Source of the DNA: Lama glama
Taxonomy: Eukaryota
Length of the DNA: 64,000 bases
NCBI GenBank assembly: GCA_028534125.1
Contig: CM052848.1
Coordinates: 13,082,001-13,146,000 of the forward strand
Reading direction: 5' to 3'
A program made the translations under genes and the position numbers. The notes beneath the pieces are model-generated. The model had not been told where the DNA came from. It did not search any database and worked only from the letters and a program-made list of their open reading frames with translations. Of this stretch, positions 61,457 to 64,000 are shown one piece after another; the stretch's first letter is position 1; each line of letters begins with the position of its first letter.

Positions 61457-63898
61457 TTTTTAAAATTGACTTAATTTGTAGAGGAGTTTCAGGTTCATGC
61501 CTGAATTGAGCAGAAGGTACAAAGATTTTCCATACACCCTGCCCCGGCGTGCACAGCCTGCCCCGCTGTCAGCATTCCCAGCAGATGGAGCATTTGTTGC
61601 CGCTGATAAACCCACGTTAACATGTAGTCACCACCCAAAGCACATAGTGTACATTACTGTTCAGTCTGGGTGTTGTCTATCCTACGGGTTTGGACAAATG
61701 TATAACGACATGTACGCACCATTCTAGAGTATCATACAGATGGTTTCATGCCCTAAAACTCCTCTGTGCTCCACCTAAGCCTGCCTCCCTCCCCACAGCT
61801 CCTAGCGATCGCTGATGCTTTCCCTGTGTCCCCACAGTTTTGCCTTTTTCAGAACGTCATTTTGTTGNNNNNNNNNNNNNNNNNNNNNNNNNNNNNNNNN
61901 NNNNNNNNNNNNNNNNNNNNNNNNNNNNNNNNNNNNNNNNNNNNNNNNNNNNNNNNNNNNNNNNNNNNNNNNNNNNNNNNNNNNNNNNNNNNNNNNNNNN
62001 NNNNNNNNNNNNNNNNNNNNNNNNNNNNNNNNNNNNNNNNNNNTGTTGCTTCCAAGTTTGGTTGCTGTGAACCCCCACGTGCAGGTTTTCATATGGACAT
62101 GTTTTCAGCTCGTTCCAGTAAATACCAGGGAGTGTGACTGCTGGATTGCATGGCAAAAGTACATTTAGTTTTGTAAGAAACCTCCGAACTTTCTTCCAAG
62201 GTGGCCGTGCCATTTCCCTTCACACCAGCAGTGACAAGAGTTCCTGTTGCTCCACATCCTCACCAGCGCCTGGTGTTGTCAGGGTTTGGGTCTTGTCCAT
62301 TCTAATAAGGTGTGTAGTGGTGTCTCATTGTTGTTTTAGTTTGCACCTCCCTGGTGACATATGATGTGGAGTATTTGCCATCTGTGTGTCTCCTTTTGTG
62401 AGGTGTGTGTTAAGGGCTTTGGCCCATTNNNNNNNNNNNNNNNNNNNNNNNNNNNNNNNNNNNNNNNNNNNNNNNNNNNNNNNNNNNNNNNNNNNNNNNN
62501 NNNNNNNNNNNNNNNNNNNNNNNNNNNNNNNNNNNNNNNNNNNNNNNNNNNNNNNNNNNNNNNNNNNNNNNNNNNNNNNNNNNNNNNNNNNNNNNNNNNN
62601 NNNNNNNNNNNNNNNNNNNNNNNNNNNNNNNACCAGCCTTTGATGTTGTATTCAGAAGTCATCACCAAACCCAAGGGCATTTGGATTTCCTCCTGTCGTC
62701 TTCTGAGAGTTTTACAGTTCTGCGTTTTACACTTAGAGCTGTGGTCCATTGTAACTTTTGTGAAAGATGTAAGGTCTGTGTCTAGATTCTTTTTTTCCCC
62801 ATGTGGTCGTCCGGTTGTTCTGGCCCCATTTGTTGAGGAGCCTCTTTGCTCATCGTAGTGCCTTCACCCCTTCATCAAAGACAAGTGGACCACATTTATG
62901 TGGGCCGCTTTCTGGGTTCTCCATTCTGTTCCATTGATCTATTTTTATATTCCGTCACAGTCCCACACTGTCTTCAGCACCGTAGCTTTACAGTAAGTCT
63001 CGAAGCCAGACAGCGTCAGTCTTTGTTCTTTTCTTTCAGGGTTGAGTTGGCTGTCCTGACCTTTCGCCTCTCCAGATACAGTTCAGAGTCAGTTTGCCAG
63101 GATCCACAAAAAAGCCTGCTGAGACTTTGACTGGGATTGCACTGAATCTAGAAGTTGCGAAAAACTGACCTTGTGACAATATCGAGCCCTCCTACCCATG
63201 AACATTGAACATCTGTTTATTTAGTTCATATTCGATTTTGTTCATCTGAGTTTTGTAACTTTCCTCATAAAGGCCTTGTACTATTTTGTTAGATTTATAC
63301 CTAAATCTAGACATAATCTAGGTGTGTGTTTCATGTTTTCAGGTGCTAATGTGAATGGTATTGTACCTTTAATGTCAAATTCCACTTGTTCATTGCTAGT
63401 GTATAGAAAAGTATTTAATTTTTGTGTTAATCTATATCCTGAAACCTTGCTATAATTGCTTATTGGTTGTAGTTTTCTGTTGATTNNNNNNNNNNNNNNN
63501 NNNNNNNNNNNNNNNNNNNNNNNNNNNNNNNNNNNNNNNNNNNNNNNNNNNNNNNNNNNNNNNNNNNNNNNNNNNNNNNNNNNNNNNNNNNNNNNNNNNN
63601 NNNNNNNNNNNNNNNNNTGAAAGGCTTTGGTTAAAAAGGACATCTTTGCCTTGTTTTTGGTCTTAGGAAAAGCTTCACATTTCTCACCAATAAGAATGAT
63701 GTTAGCTGAAGGGTTTTGTAAATGTTCTTTTTCAAGTTGAGGAAGTTTCACTCTGTTTCGAATTTACTAATTACTATTTCTAATTTAAAAATCATGAATT
63801 GGTGTTTGATTTTTGTCAGATGCTTTTTCTGCATCTATTCATGTAAGGAGGTGATTTTTCTTCTTTAGCCCATTGATGTGATGGATTACATTCATTGA
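61457..63898 (-). mobile_element. L1MC-like element (3'UTR plus ORF2 part), antisense, interrupted by three N gaps
   Basis: ttttttaaaattgacttaatttgtagaggagtttcaggttca...gcagaaggtacaaagattttcc...gggtttggacaaatgtataacgacatg. The antisense ORF2 translation (63281-63751) includes ANIILIGEK..AFP and FLYTSNEQVE. Confidence 0.9.
61868..63617. other. Assembly gaps (N runs 61868-62043, 62429-62631, 63486-63617)
   Basis: Runs of n read directly; all lie inside L1 sequence. Confidence 0.98.
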
Positions 63899-64000
63899 TT
63901 TTTTTAAACATTTTTTTATTGAGTTATAGTCATTTTACAATGTTGTGTCAAATTCCAGTGTAGAGCAAATTTTTCAGTTATACATGAACATACATATATT
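63899..64000 (-). mobile_element. Young lineage-specific L1 3' end (camelid-type) nested in the L1MC; runs off the window
   Basis: T-tail followed by aaacatttttttattgagttatagtcattttacaatgttgtgtcaaattccagtgtagagc...tacatgaacatacatatatt, which I recognise from camelid L1 3' ends (recall). Confidence 0.75.

Noticed and set aside
61868-63617. ORFs spanning N runs
   Set aside because: Artefacts of assembly gaps within L1 sequence.

Overview
Mammalian, GC-rich genomic DNA holding the 5' end of SH3RF3 (POSH2), a RING E3 ligase and multi-SH3 scaffold, on the + strand. A CpG-island first exon (CDS 337-870, C3HC4 RING) is followed by a 55,291-nt phase-0 GT-AG intron 1 (871-56161), then coding exon 2 (56162-56416: SH3 #1 plus the start of SH3 #2) and the beginning of intron 2. 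The introns carry ancient L1M/L2/MIR/hAT remnants, a solo ERV1-type LTR with a 4-bp target-site duplication and a ~23-bp-period CCAAT array, and a young L1 3' end at the window edge that resembles camelid L1 as I recall it. There are three N gaps. The main finding is that exon 2 keeps its frame and splice sites, yet SH3 #1 looks degenerate: the ALYxY motif reads VPHSH and there is an apparent 7-codon in-frame deletion. Most replacements relative to human SH3RF3 (recalled from memory, not aligned) are A/T->G/C, as in neighbouring old L1 copies, which suggests GC-biased gene conversion eroding one protein domain. Almost all other listed ORFs are chance ORFs of GC-rich intron. Species, repeat subfamilies and human comparisons are from recall and need database confirmation.
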